A stretch of 64,000 nt of DNA from Coxiellaceae bacterium UBA6002 (lineage in GTDB: Bacteria > Pseudomonadota > Gammaproteobacteria > UBA6002). The DNA is taken from the NCBI GenBank assembly GCA_002429595.1, contig DJAM01000086.1, positions 4,277 through 68,276 of the forward strand, written 5' to 3'. Of this stretch, positions 10,443 through 19,639 are shown in pieces. The notes under the pieces were generated by a model that was not told the origin of the DNA, ran no database searches, and saw only the letters and a list, made by a program, of their open reading frames with translations. The position numbers were made by a program, and so were the translations under genes. Position 1 is the first letter of the stretch. Each line of letters opens with the position of its first letter.

Positions 10443-10600
10443 GCGTTGGGGTCGACATCTTACTTCGGTCTTGACTTTTTTTCATCACAAAAAATGCTCG
10501 AAAGACAGTAGGTATTCCTGTGCTTTTTTGTGATGAAAAAAAGCCAAATCTCTCGCAAGCTGTCAACCCTAACGCTTAGAAATCACCCGCTACGGGTATA
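10417..10600. mobile_element. Miniature inverted-repeat element, copy 1 (~184 bp, ~40-bp terminal inverted repeats TATACCCGTAGCGGGTGATTTCTAAGCG..., inner CATCACAAAAAA/TTTTTTGTGATG palindrome)
   Basis: ~88% identical to the segment at 57440..57621 by eye alignment. Terminal inverted repeats (TIRs) differ by about 2 mismatches. No coding capacity. Confidence 0.6.
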
Positions 10601-10631
10601 CATCTTAAAAAGACTGCTTAAGGAAAGTTAT

Positions 10632-11822
10632 ATGCAGGAACATGAGCCAGAATTAAACGTTAATAAGGATGAATCTCCAGTTAAAAGTTACAAGCGGAAT
10701 GGAACCGGGATTGTCATGCTTGCCACGCTTGCTTTATTGATCGCAGTAACTGCCTTACCCTTTCAGTTCTTCTTTTGGCAATTACACAAAAAAACCCAAG
10801 CTAACCTGCTGTCCCAAAATAAATCATTTCATCTTGAGCTTGAAAAATCTTTACAAAAACTCACTGCTCGCAGCGAGCAACAACAATCACTTATTAATAA
10901 TCTCGTGGCAACGACAGGTGAAGAAAGCAAAAGACGAAGTATTTTTCTGGCTGAAGAAGCAAAGCATTTAGTGATCAGTAGTCAATATAGCCTTTTGTTT
11001 GATCGTAATTATGAGCTAGGTTTAAAAGAGCTCATACTAGCTGACCAAAAGTTGCAAGGACTCAACGACGCTAGTCTAAATACACTTCGCCAAGAACTTA
11101 ATAATGCGATTGTCAGTTTAAATACAATGCCAAAAGTAGATGTGGCGGGTATTGCGATGAGAATTTCAGCGCTCAGCGATCAAGTTGCTGGTTTATCTGC
11201 TTTGCCGGTATTAAGTACTCAAACGAAAGTCGCTCCGACCAAACCCAAGAAAACTACCTGGCAAGAAAGATTGTGGTCTACCTTAGAAAGTTTACGAGGA
11301 ATTATTTCAATTCGACGAACTACTGAACCGTTGAAACCATTGCCGTCGGCCGAGCAACAACTTTATTTAATTGAAACGATTCGCTTGCAGTTGTCTCAAG
11401 CGCAATGGGCCGTTCTCCACCAGGAGCCAGATCTATATCAAAGTGCGCTAAGTAATGCTAAGAAAGATTTGCAGCGTTATTATGCCATGAACCCCACAGG
11501 AGCTAGCATCATTAATATGATTAATGAACTGCAGCAACAAAACATCAAACCGAATCTACCTGACGTGACAAATATTATTGCGCAATTGCAACAGTATATT
11601 GATAGCAATTCTCAAAGTATTGCGACACCGAAACCGGAAGAACAACAACAGGCTCCGAAGCCTTTGGCACCAGCAGTACCAGCGCCTACAACACAACCCT
11701 CACAAGTGCCTAGTGGTGGTCAACAAACTAATGTTCCAACTAATCCATCTATACCGGCAAGTGGTCCAGCTTTACCCTTGCCAGCAACTGGCACAGCATT
11801 TCCTAGGGCACTATCAGTATGA
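10632..11822 (+). CDS. hemX: HemX-like membrane protein (putative uroporphyrinogen-III C-methyltransferase-type, heme operon)
   Basis: Position in the hemCDXY cluster, single N-terminal TM, P/Q-rich C-terminal tail. The track ORF starts at 10530 inside the repeat element; the RBS-supported in-frame ATG at 10632 is preferred. Confidence 0.65.
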   Translation: MQEHEPELNVNKDESPVKSYKRNGTGIVMLATLALLIAVTALPFQFFFWQLHKKTQANLLSQNKSFHLELEKSLQKLTARSEQQQSLINNLVATTGEESKRRSIFLAEEAKHLVISSQYSLLFDRNYELGLKELILADQKLQGLNDASLNTLRQELNNAIVSLNTMPKVDVAGIAMRISALSDQVAGLSALPVLSTQTKVAPTKPKKTTWQERLWSTLESLRGIISIRRTTEPLKPLPSAEQQLYLIETIRLQLSQAQWAVLHQEPDLYQSALSNAKKDLQRYYAMNPTGASIINMINELQQQNIKPNLPDVTNIIAQLQQYIDSNSQSIATPKPEEQQQAPKPLAPAVPAPTTQPSQVPSGGQQTNVPTNPSIPASGPALPLPATGTAFPRALSV

Positions 11823-12994
11823 AGAAAATTATTCTTTACTTTCTAATCATTCTGGCGTCAGTTTGGTTAGGAATAAAAATTTATCAACATCCAGGTTATA
11901 TGTTGTTGGCATATCAGCACTGGTTAATTGAGTCTACTGTTTGGTTTTTTTTATTAGTATTGTTCTTACTTTTTTTCTTGTTTCATTTTTTACTCAATCT
12001 GCTCAAGCAAACTGCGATTTTACCAAAGCGCTTAGAGCGCTGGTTCAACAAGCGTAGATTAAATAAATCGATTGAGCGCTTAAACAAAGGTTATATCAAT
12101 CTGATTCTTGGAAAATGGAAGAAGGCAGAAAAAAATTTTTTAAAGGGAGCTAAAAGAAAACCCTTGGCGTTTGTTAATTATTTGCTTGCTGCAGAAGCTG
12201 CAGACTCCAACTTTGAACAGGAGAAACGAAATAGTTATCTTTTGAGAGCGCAAGGCGTTGATCCAAAAAATCGCTTTGTTGTTGATGTCCTGCAAGCCGA
12301 GTTTTTTTTGAACCACAATCAACCAGAACAAGCATTAGTGATTTTGAATAAACTTCGCGAACAAAAATCAAGTGAAAGTTACCTTCTCAAGCTTCTAACT
12401 GAGACTTATTTGTTGCTGGATGACTATTTGCATTTACAACCGTTACTTCCAGAAATAAAAAAATCAAAAATATTTCCAGAAGACGTTTACCAAGAATTAG
12501 AAAAAGTCACTTATTTACATTGCTTTCAAGATCGATTCTTTTCAGATTTTTCAGAAGTTCAGTCATTGTGGAATAAATTGCCCAGATATCTTAGACATGA
12601 TCCCGCTATCTTGATTGCCTATGCAGATCATTTGCAACGTTGGAACAGAAGCAGTGAAGCAGAAGAGTTAATACGCAAAGAGTTAAAGCATCATTACAGT
12701 AGAGAAGTGATGGCCTACTATGTCACCTTGAAGTCAAAAACTCCCGCTAAACAATTAGCTTTAGGAGAAAAGTGGTTAAAAGACCATGCAGAAGATCCTG
12801 GTTCCTTAAGTGCAATGGGCATGCTGTGTCTTCGAAATCGATTATGGGGTCAAGCAAAGGATTACTTCGAAGCGAGTCAAAAGCTTAATCCCACATCTCA
12901 AAATTATCTCGCATTAGGTTATGTTTACGAGCAGCTTGGTGAGAATGAACGAGCGTTACATTATTATCGCAAAGGATTTAAAGACTGGATTTAG
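11819..12994 (+). CDS. hemY: HemY-like protein (TPR-containing, two N-terminal TM segments)
   Basis: Overlaps the hemX stop (ATGA). 391 aa, two TM helices then TPR-like repeats, as in gammaproteobacterial HemY. Confidence 0.7.
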   Translation: MKKIILYFLIILASVWLGIKIYQHPGYMLLAYQHWLIESTVWFFLLVLFLLFFLFHFLLNLLKQTAILPKRLERWFNKRRLNKSIERLNKGYINLILGKWKKAEKNFLKGAKRKPLAFVNYLLAAEAADSNFEQEKRNSYLLRAQGVDPKNRFVVDVLQAEFFLNHNQPEQALVILNKLREQKSSESYLLKLLTETYLLLDDYLHLQPLLPEIKKSKIFPEDVYQELEKVTYLHCFQDRFFSDFSEVQSLWNKLPRYLRHDPAILIAYADHLQRWNRSSEAEELIRKELKHHYSREVMAYYVTLKSKTPAKQLALGEKWLKDHAEDPGSLSAMGMLCLRNRLWGQAKDYFEASQKLNPTSQNYLALGYVYEQLGENERALHYYRKGFKDWI

Positions 12995-13385
12995 AGAACT
13001 AGTAGTACAAAAAGTGATCGATAGAGATAAAGCTTGGAAATTTGCTCATGAGTGGTTAGATGCCTGGAATAAACATGACGTGGATCTCATCATGGAGCAT
13101 TATGATGATGCAATAGAATTTTGTTCGCCGGTTGTTCAAAAAGTTCTAGGTGATCCTAAAGGTGTAGTTTCTGGCACAGACAATCTAAGAGATTATTTTT
13201 CGCGTCAACTTCAAAAATTTTCTACCTTACATTTTCAATTACTGGATGTGTTCACTTCACCACAAAGTGTCGTGCTCTATTATAAAATTAATAGAGGTTT
13301 ATTAGCCGCAGAAGTAATGATCATGAATCCCGAAATGAAGGCTATTAAAGTTTATGCCAATTACGATAAAAACGATGTTGGCTAA
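12921..13385 (+). CDS. SnoaL/NTF2-like small protein; start uncertain (alternative GTG at 13014)
   Basis: ~120-150 aa with a W..A.N..D....HY.DD..F NTF2-like pattern. As called, it overlaps the hemY 3' end by 74 bp. Confidence 0.4.
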   Translation: MFTSSLVRMNERYIIIAKDLKTGFRELVVQKVIDRDKAWKFAHEWLDAWNKHDVDLIMEHYDDAIEFCSPVVQKVLGDPKGVVSGTDNLRDYFSRQLQKFSTLHFQLLDVFTSPQSVVLYYKINRGLLAAEVMIMNPEMKAIKVYANYDKNDVG

Positions 13386-13394
13386 CTAAAAACT

Positions 13395-13468
13395 GTCATT
13401 CCCGCGAAGGCGGAAATCCATCTCAGAAGCAGCTGAAAGAGTGGATTCTCGCCTTCGCGGGAATGACA
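13395..13468. repeat. Repeat family B hairpin (GTCATTCCCGCGAAGGCGGAAATCCATCTC ... GAGTGGATTCTCGCCTTCGCGGGAATGAC); probable terminator
   Basis: ~30-bp imperfect inverted repeat around a 14-nt loop, read directly. Its core recurs at 33789 and 36419. Confidence 0.5.
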
Positions 13469-13569
13469 AGCCCCGATTCGCTGGAAAATCATTGCCTGAT
13501 TTTCGGCGTCGGGCGTTTTATAAATTCACTATAATTAAAACTCAAGTGAGTTTATAAGTGAAATTACCA

Positions 13570-14619
13570 ATGATTACAGCAAAAGATAAAAAAGCGTTTT
13601 ATCAAGCGATGCTTGATAAAAATAGCGAATATGAAAACGTGTTTTACGTGGGCGTGAAAACAACGGGGGTGTTTTGTCGTCCAACTTGTTCCGCACGAAA
13701 GCCTAAGTTCGAGCATTGTGAATTCTTTGAAACTGCACAGCAAGCACTTCTAGCTTCATTTCGTCCTTGCAAGCGTTGCCAACCATTATCGCACCCTAGT
13801 CAAGTTTCTAAGTTAATTCAGACACTCGTCAATGCAGTTGAAGCCAATCCTGAAAAAAGATGGAAGGAGAAAGATTTTAAAGATATTGCGGCTGATGCCT
13901 CTACGGTACGCCGACAATTTAAAAAACGCTTTGGTATGACTTTTGTTGAATATGCGCGGGCACGTCGTATGGGTTTAGCAATGAAACAAATTAGAGCAGG
14001 AAAAACAGTCATTGATACTCAACTAGCAGCGGGTTATGAGTCTGGCAGTGGTTTTAGAGATGCCTTTTCAAAAATCATGGGCGCAACACCCAGCAAATCC
14101 AAACATCACAATGTGTTAAAAGCAACTTGGCTTGATACCGTACTAGGACCGATGCTTGCCATAGGCAACGATGAAGCTTTGTACCTTCTCGAGTTTGTAG
14201 ATCGTCGTGGTTTAGAGCGCGAAGTTGAACGTCTACGTTCCAGAACAAACTCTGTGATTATTCCAGGAGCTACAGCTGCGATTCATTCAATTGAGCGGGA
14301 GCTGAAATTATATTTTGAAGGCAAATTAAAAAAATTTGAAACTCCCCTCTACTTATTGGGCTCAACTTTCCAAAAAAGTGTTTGGAAAAAACTAAAAGAA
14401 ATTCCCTATGGAGAGACAAGATCATACACAGCGCTTGCTAAAGCAATCGCAAAGCCAACCGCAATTCGAGCAGTCGCATCAGCTAATGGTGCCAATTCAT
14501 TTGCTATTGTGATTCCTTGTCACCGCGTGATCGCCATTAACGGTGAGTTAGGAGGTTATGCAGGCGGTCTGACTCGAAAAAAATGGTTAATTAATCATGA
14601 GGAAAAAAGTAAAAACTAG
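13570..14619 (+). CDS. ada: bifunctional Ada: methylphosphotriester-DNA methyltransferase/AraC-type regulator fused to O6-methylguanine-DNA methyltransferase
   Basis: N-terminal Zn-Cys cluster (FCRPTCSARKP...CKRC), central AraC helix-turn-helix (HTH), C-terminal MGMT active site IPCHRVI. Confidence 0.85.
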   Translation: MITAKDKKAFYQAMLDKNSEYENVFYVGVKTTGVFCRPTCSARKPKFEHCEFFETAQQALLASFRPCKRCQPLSHPSQVSKLIQTLVNAVEANPEKRWKEKDFKDIAADASTVRRQFKKRFGMTFVEYARARRMGLAMKQIRAGKTVIDTQLAAGYESGSGFRDAFSKIMGATPSKSKHHNVLKATWLDTVLGPMLAIGNDEALYLLEFVDRRGLEREVERLRSRTNSVIIPGATAAIHSIERELKLYFEGKLKKFETPLYLLGSTFQKSVWKKLKEIPYGETRSYTALAKAIAKPTAIRAVASANGANSFAIVIPCHRVIAINGELGGYAGGLTRKKWLINHEEKSKN

Positions 14620-14971
14620 AGTTTTTTTATTGTCGTCGTTTTATGGCTTGGGTGTCTTGTCATTCTCGCTTGCGCGAATAGGCGTCAACTTAAGGACGAG
14701 TAAAACATCACCCTGCAATCAGGTGATAAAGCTATTCCAAACCTCAAAAATCGTTGTCCGTTATTATTTTTTAAGTTGACACCTATATGCCTGTTTGGGA
14801 ATAACAGAAAATACCGCAAGTTGGAGAGAACAAAAAGTGGGATTTTTACATTTATGCAACAATGCCGGACAAGTTGCGGACGACAGGTATTATCGTATCC
14901 AGAATTTTTCTGACGATTCCAAAGTGACAGCTTAAAATCGTCATATTTAGTAAATATGGCTTATTGATATT

Positions 14972-15997
14972 CTAAGCTTCACACTCAAAAGCTTCTGGAT
15001 ATTTTTCTCCTTTAGCAGCATTGAGTGGAAATAAACTGTTCAGTCGTTGAAGTTCTTCCTCAGATAATTGGATATCCAGCGCACCTAAATTTTCTTCGAG
15101 ATATTGCACTTTCTTGGTGCCCGGGATTGGCACTATATTTTCGTTTTGTGCTAATAGCCAGGCCAAAGCTAATTGCGCCATACTGCAATTTTTCTCATGG
15201 GCCATATTTTTAAATTTAATAAGAAGCTCTTGATTAGCGACGAAATTTTCTCCCAAAAATCTCGGTAAAATGTTTCGGAAGTCTTCTGCATGGAGTGCGG
15301 CAGTCGTTACAGTTCCTGTTAAAAAGCCACGACCTAATGGACTGTAAGGAACAAATCCGATTCCTAATTCCTCGCACGTAGGTAAAATTTCAGTCTCAGG
15401 ATAACGCTCCCATAATGAATATTCGGTTTGCACTGCAGTAATTGGATGTACTTTCGCCGCTCGTCGAATTGTGGCGGGTTTAACCTCGGAGATGCCGATG
15501 TAACGAATTTTGCCAGCTTTTACTAGTTGCGCCATCGCTTCAATTGACTCTTCAATAGGTGTTTTTGGGTCAACACGATGCAGATAATAAAGATCGATCA
15601 CATCTACATTTAGCCGCCTTAAGCTTGCATCGCAAGCTGTTTTGATATGGTCAGCTGAACCATCTAAATAAAAATCTAGATCTTCATCGCTTTGCGTGCC
15701 TTTAGCAAATCCCATTTTGGTTGCTAAAACTAACTTGTGCCGATGCCCCTTAATCGCTTTGCCAATCAACTCTTCATTATGTCCCCAGCCATACATACCT
15801 GCGGAATCAATCAAGGTGACGCCCAGATCAATAGCACGGTGAATGGTGTTAATAGATTCAGCATCATTACCGGGACCATAGCCTATTGACATGCCCATGC
15901 AACCTAAACCAAGCGCCGAAACGTTAGGGCCATTTTTAGATAAACGCCTTTGCTTCACTGTTACTGTTCCTTTATTTAAATTGTATTTCAATTGCAT
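14972..15997 (-). CDS. aldo/keto reductase (Tas/YajO-like NADP-dependent oxidoreductase)
   Basis: [12 protein letters not shown]-terminal AKR signature, 341 aa, conserved ...LYYLHRVD... block. Confidence 0.8.
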   Translation of the reverse strand: MQLKYNLNKGTVTVKQRRLSKNGPNVSALGLGCMGMSIGYGPGNDAESINTIHRAIDLGVTLIDSAGMYGWGHNEELIGKAIKGHRHKLVLATKMGFAKGTQSDEDLDFYLDGSADHIKTACDASLRRLNVDVIDLYYLHRVDPKTPIEESIEAMAQLVKAGKIRYIGISEVKPATIRRAAKVHPITAVQTEYSLWERYPETEILPTCEELGIGFVPYSPLGRGFLTGTVTTAALHAEDFRNILPRFLGENFVANQELLIKFKNMAHEKNCSMAQLALAWLLAQNENIVPIPGTKKVQYLEENLGALDIQLSEEELQRLNSLFPLNAAKGEKYPEAFECEA

Positions 15998-16021
15998 AAA
16001 TGTCAGATATAACTATTGCTT

Positions 16022-16375
16022 TCAAGCAGGAAGTTGTTTGACTAAGATTTCTAATCTATCCAATACTTTACTCGCTGCTTCAAGTAGAGCAATCAATAAT
16101 AGGTTGTCGATTTCAACGTTACCCTCATATTCAGAAGCGTTTCTCACTATATGAGCTTTATCAAGTACGCGCCATACTTCAGGACCTAGACTTGTCGTGT
16201 ACGGTAGTGCTTGAAAAACAATATATCGATTGCTTGCTCTATAACCATGCCATCTAAGTGCGGCTAGTGCCAAACAATGGACCGCATTATACGCAAGATC
16301 AAACCGACTATTAGGAAATAGTGAGGTGTTATTTGCATCTTTTAAACGAAATTGTCCTGAATTGACCAAACCCAA
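16022..16375 (-). CDS. HEPN-like small protein; candidate toxin partner of the upstream nucleotidyltransferase
   Basis: 117 aa, all-helical. Sits immediately downstream of an MNT-type nucleotidyltransferase gene. The R-x-x-x-E/H-like segment (HIVRNASEYEG) is weak, so the call rests mainly on context. Confidence 0.35.
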   Translation of the reverse strand: MGLVNSGQFRLKDANNTSLFPNSRFDLAYNAVHCLALAALRWHGYRASNRYIVFQALPYTTSLGPEVWRVLDKAHIVRNASEYEGNVEIDNLLLIALLEAASKVLDRLEILVKQLPA

Positions 16376-16427
16376 AAATTATTTTCTATCGAAAGTTTCT
16401 TCTTTTATTTGTCCTGTTTTAACTAAA

Positions 16428-17111
16428 TTAGCTAAGCTCATTTAATTGTTCTTCTGTTCCAATTAGAAAGATTTTTGGATATTCAATTACTTTTTTAATA
16501 AAGTTGTTGTCGTTTTTTCTTTTTATTTTCCATTCGGATAGCGTATAGATAGTCGGATTAATTTTTCTTTCTACCTGTTCTTCTGCTTTAGCTAAAATTT
16601 CAAAGCAATCACGGTAACTTAGATTATCGCCGATAAACATCAAGTCAATATCGCTTTTTGCAGTATCTTCGTGCTTTGCAAAAGATCCATAAATAAAAGC
16701 AACATCAATCAGGCTTTTCAATGGGACAATTGTTTCTCTAAGAATATCCGCAAGGCCAAATGTCTTTAGAACAATACTCTTTAACTCAGAATATATTGGT
16801 GAATTGGGATTTGCTCTGTATAACTTTTTATTTTTAATGATTTTAACTGTAACTATCTCAGCTTGGCTTAATTTTTCAATTTCGCGTTGCACTGCGCCTG
16901 ATCCCGACTTTGCTAAGCGTATAATTTCGTTAATGCTAAAAGATACGTTTGTTTCTCTAAATAGAATACCTAGTACTTTTTGCCGTACTTTCGAAAAAAG
17001 TGCGTCTGATAAGTTAAGTTTTTTATTACCCATATTGGGTAGATTACTACCTAATTTGGGTATAGTCAACCTCTTGTTATTAGGCTTATAGTGTCCAGGT
17101 AAGATAGCCAA
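16428..17111 (-). CDS. winged-HTH plus minimal nucleotidyltransferase (MNT) domain protein; antitoxin-like
   Basis: N-terminal wHTH-like segment. The C-terminal YGSFAKHEDTAKSDIDLMFIGD matches the GS-x9-11-DxD pol-beta-type NTase signature. Confidence 0.6.
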   Translation of the reverse strand: MAILPGHYKPNNKRLTIPKLGSNLPNMGNKKLNLSDALFSKVRQKVLGILFRETNVSFSINEIIRLAKSGSGAVQREIEKLSQAEIVTVKIIKNKKLYRANPNSPIYSELKSIVLKTFGLADILRETIVPLKSLIDVAFIYGSFAKHEDTAKSDIDLMFIGDNLSYRDCFEILAKAEEQVERKINPTIYTLSEWKIKRKNDNNFIKKVIEYPKIFLIGTEEQLNELS

Positions 17112-17954
17112 CTACTTGGTTCTAATGAAAGAATTGAAAGTTTTCTTAACTAGTGCCATGTTATCAAACCAAACAAAGTGCCCAGCATTTGGAATAGTAT
17201 TAATTTCAATATTACCCCTATGAAAACGGGGGTCCTGCTCAAACATGATACTTGGAACAATATAATCGTGACTGCCACTCATAACTAAGGTTGGAACACT
17301 TTGCGGAATCCACGTTGCATCGAAATTTATAGCGGGAGCTTTTTCAAGCCACCAAAGCATAGCTTGGTAATTAAAGGGTAATTGTTCAAACATCTTTCTT
17401 CCTGCTTCAATACTATTCGCAGGAAAATGACAATGTGCATTAGCTAATAATGCTGCTCGAAATGCTTCTAGGGTTGGATTTCCTCTAAAACGTTTTCCGG
17501 GTTCTGAAAACGTTACAATATTATGAGTTTTTAAAAGATCTTGAGCTTCACTAAGCCATAACTTTGGGGCCGCGTTTAATATGATAAAACCACTTAAAAT
17601 GTTTTCTAATTCTGGTAGCAATAAGGGCAACATGCCGCCGAAAGAATGTCCAACTAGTATTGGATTTTCAAATTGTTTGATAGCGGGAATAAGAAGATCT
17701 TGCCATGAGTTGAAATCATAAGTGGCCTCATTGCCATGAGGCATATTGTCGCCATTGCCTGGAAAGTCTATGAGCCAGAATTTTCCGGGGACATCAAGCT
17801 GCTCAATTAAATTCTGGAAGCAACTAGAGTCGGCACCCGGTCCTCCAGGTAGAAATAACCAATTGAAAGAGGAATCGTTTGAGTAACTTTTAGCAAGCCT
17901 ATACCTTACTAAATTAACATCATGAAATACTGAATTTTGTAAATTAGAAGACAT
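17112..17954 (-). CDS. alpha/beta-fold hydrolase
   Basis: GHSFGG nucleophile elbow, 280 aa, typical alpha/beta-hydrolase order. Confidence 0.65.
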   Translation of the reverse strand: MSSNLQNSVFHDVNLVRYRLAKSYSNDSSFNWLFLPGGPGADSSCFQNLIEQLDVPGKFWLIDFPGNGDNMPHGNEATYDFNSWQDLLIPAIKQFENPILVGHSFGGMLPLLLPELENILSGFIILNAAPKLWLSEAQDLLKTHNIVTFSEPGKRFRGNPTLEAFRAALLANAHCHFPANSIEAGRKMFEQLPFNYQAMLWWLEKAPAINFDATWIPQSVPTLVMSGSHDYIVPSIMFEQDPRFHRGNIEINTIPNAGHFVWFDNMALVKKTFNSFIRTK

Positions 17955-18005
17955 AAGTAATTTACCAAATTGTTTTATGATAACCGCCTATGGACGTCCA
18001 TGAAT

Positions 18006-18923
18006 TTATCTAGTACATAATAATTGAATTTTATTGCCGAGATACAGCTTTGTAGGTGTTCCCAACGGAACTGCAAAATTAGTAAAACCATGCCCGATCC
18101 CTTCTACATGGATCACTGGAATAGGGCACTGTTCTGCAAATCGTTGTATAACTGGTTTAATAAGGGGAGTACCATTAGGCTCATTGCCATTAATAAAATC
18201 ACCAAATAAAATTGCTATCGCATTCTTAAATATATTTGCTTGAGAAAAATGCTCTAACATTCGATCAATACGATAGCCGCGTTCACCAGTTTCTTCTAAA
18301 AGAATAACCTTGTCATCAGCGTTAATTTGCCAATCAGTACCCAGACTTGCTTGGATCATAGACATATTGCCACCTATAACACTGGTATCAATAACAGAAT
18401 CAATCTCGGCAAATTTATTAAGAGGTACTCCTGAAAGTTCAAACTCGGAAAATTCACCAAATAAAATAGACTTTAGTGAAGCCAGCGATTCGGCTGAAAA
18501 CTTCTCAGAAATCGCCGCACCATGAATGGTCGGCCATTGCCATTTTTGCTGTAGATAAAGTTGCAAAGGAATAGTGTCGCTCATCCCAATAAAAATCTTA
18601 GATTGTTCCGGTGGCATAATTTTTGCCAACTTAGGAATCAAGCGGATAGAGCCATAGCCACCACTCACACAAGTGATAGCTTTGACAATGGGATTTAATA
18701 AAGCATGTTGTAGATTTTTAAATCGAATATCATCAGAATTTGCACAGAGCAAATCATCACCTAGAATGTCATCTGCAATGATGTAATTTAGTTGCCAAGA
18801 ACTAAGTAATTCTTTTAACCCTTCTATTCGTGAATTCGAAAATCGTGAAGCCGGCGCAATAATTTCTACAGAATCGCCAGGTTTTAGTGTGGGTAATTTT
18901 TTCATAAAAAAGCGCCTAGCCAA
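18006..18923 (-). CDS. ldcA: LD-carboxypeptidase (peptidase S66; LdcA/MccF-like)
   Basis: 305 aa. N-terminal GD.V.IIAPAS motif and overall S66 architecture. Confidence 0.7.
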   Translation of the reverse strand: MARRFFMKKLPTLKPGDSVEIIAPASRFSNSRIEGLKELLSSWQLNYIIADDILGDDLLCANSDDIRFKNLQHALLNPIVKAITCVSGGYGSIRLIPKLAKIMPPEQSKIFIGMSDTIPLQLYLQQKWQWPTIHGAAISEKFSAESLASLKSILFGEFSEFELSGVPLNKFAEIDSVIDTSVIGGNMSMIQASLGTDWQINADDKVILLEETGERGYRIDRMLEHFSQANIFKNAIAILFGDFINGNEPNGTPLIKPVIQRFAEQCPIPVIHVEGIGHGFTNFAVPLGTPTKLYLGNKIQLLCTR

Positions 18924-19626
18924 GCATCTCTCTTACCTGCTCACGACTCAGCATATCACTAAAAAAATTAGCCACTGATAAACCGCGAGCATGCAATTTC
19001 TGCAGAGTTGCAATTGCAAGTTGTTCTGGGCCAAAAACATAAACTTGATGGTCGCGAAAGTTTTCAAAATCTTGTAACACTTTTTCTAATATTGTCGTTT
19101 TCAAACCATTTGTTTCTTGGGTCAAAATTGGAGAGAAGAAAAACTTTTCTAGTGTTTTGCTCCAGTGCTTGGGCAAATCCGAATAAAAATCAGTTGCTAA
19201 TTTTACAGACCAATATAGATGGCATTCGCGGGTGGCATCTGTTTGGATGATTTTTTCGATAATCGCTTTTGCGGGGGAAAAACCAGTGCCTGCTGCTAAT
19301 AATATTAGAGGATTTTGTTGGGGTTGATAACGACTGTCTCCGTAGGGTCCTCGAAGAAGGATAGAAGAGCCCATGTCTATTTGATCAATAAATTCTAGGG
19401 TGTTGGTATCGTTGGAAGAAAGTTTAATATGCAACTCAATAAGACCATCGACTTGTGGAGCGTTTGCAATTGAGAAAGGAAAAAAATCTCCGGACGGATA
19501 GCGCAGCTCTAAATACTGGCCCGCTTCGTACGGCATTATTGTTTCTTGTGGCGTAATGAGTAATTGCAAATGTTTTGGAGTTAAGTAGTGCTTCTTAGCA
19601 ATTTGGTAATGATAAGTGTGACTCAA
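18916..19626 (-). CDS. fre: NAD(P)H-flavin reductase (Fre-like FNR-family oxidoreductase)
   Basis: 236 aa. The AGQYLELR...PFSIAN...GLIELHIK pattern is as in E. coli Fre. It lies immediately downstream of ubiD as in E. coli. Confidence 0.65.
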   Translation of the reverse strand: MSHTYHYQIAKKHYLTPKHLQLLITPQETIMPYEAGQYLELRYPSGDFFPFSIANAPQVDGLIELHIKLSSNDTNTLEFIDQIDMGSSILLRGPYGDSRYQPQQNPLILLAAGTGFSPAKAIIEKIIQTDATRECHLYWSVKLATDFYSDLPKHWSKTLEKFFFSPILTQETNGLKTTILEKVLQDFENFRDHQVYVFGPEQLAIATLQKLHARGLSVANFFSDMLSREQVREMLG

Positions 19627-19639
19627 AATGATTACTCAA

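Noticed and set aside
11578-11931. 117-aa alternative-frame ORF spanning the hemX/hemY junction and other >60-aa antisense ORFs inside coxA, pckA, ubiD and rho
   Set aside because: They overlap strongly supported conserved genes in other frames and have no independent signals.
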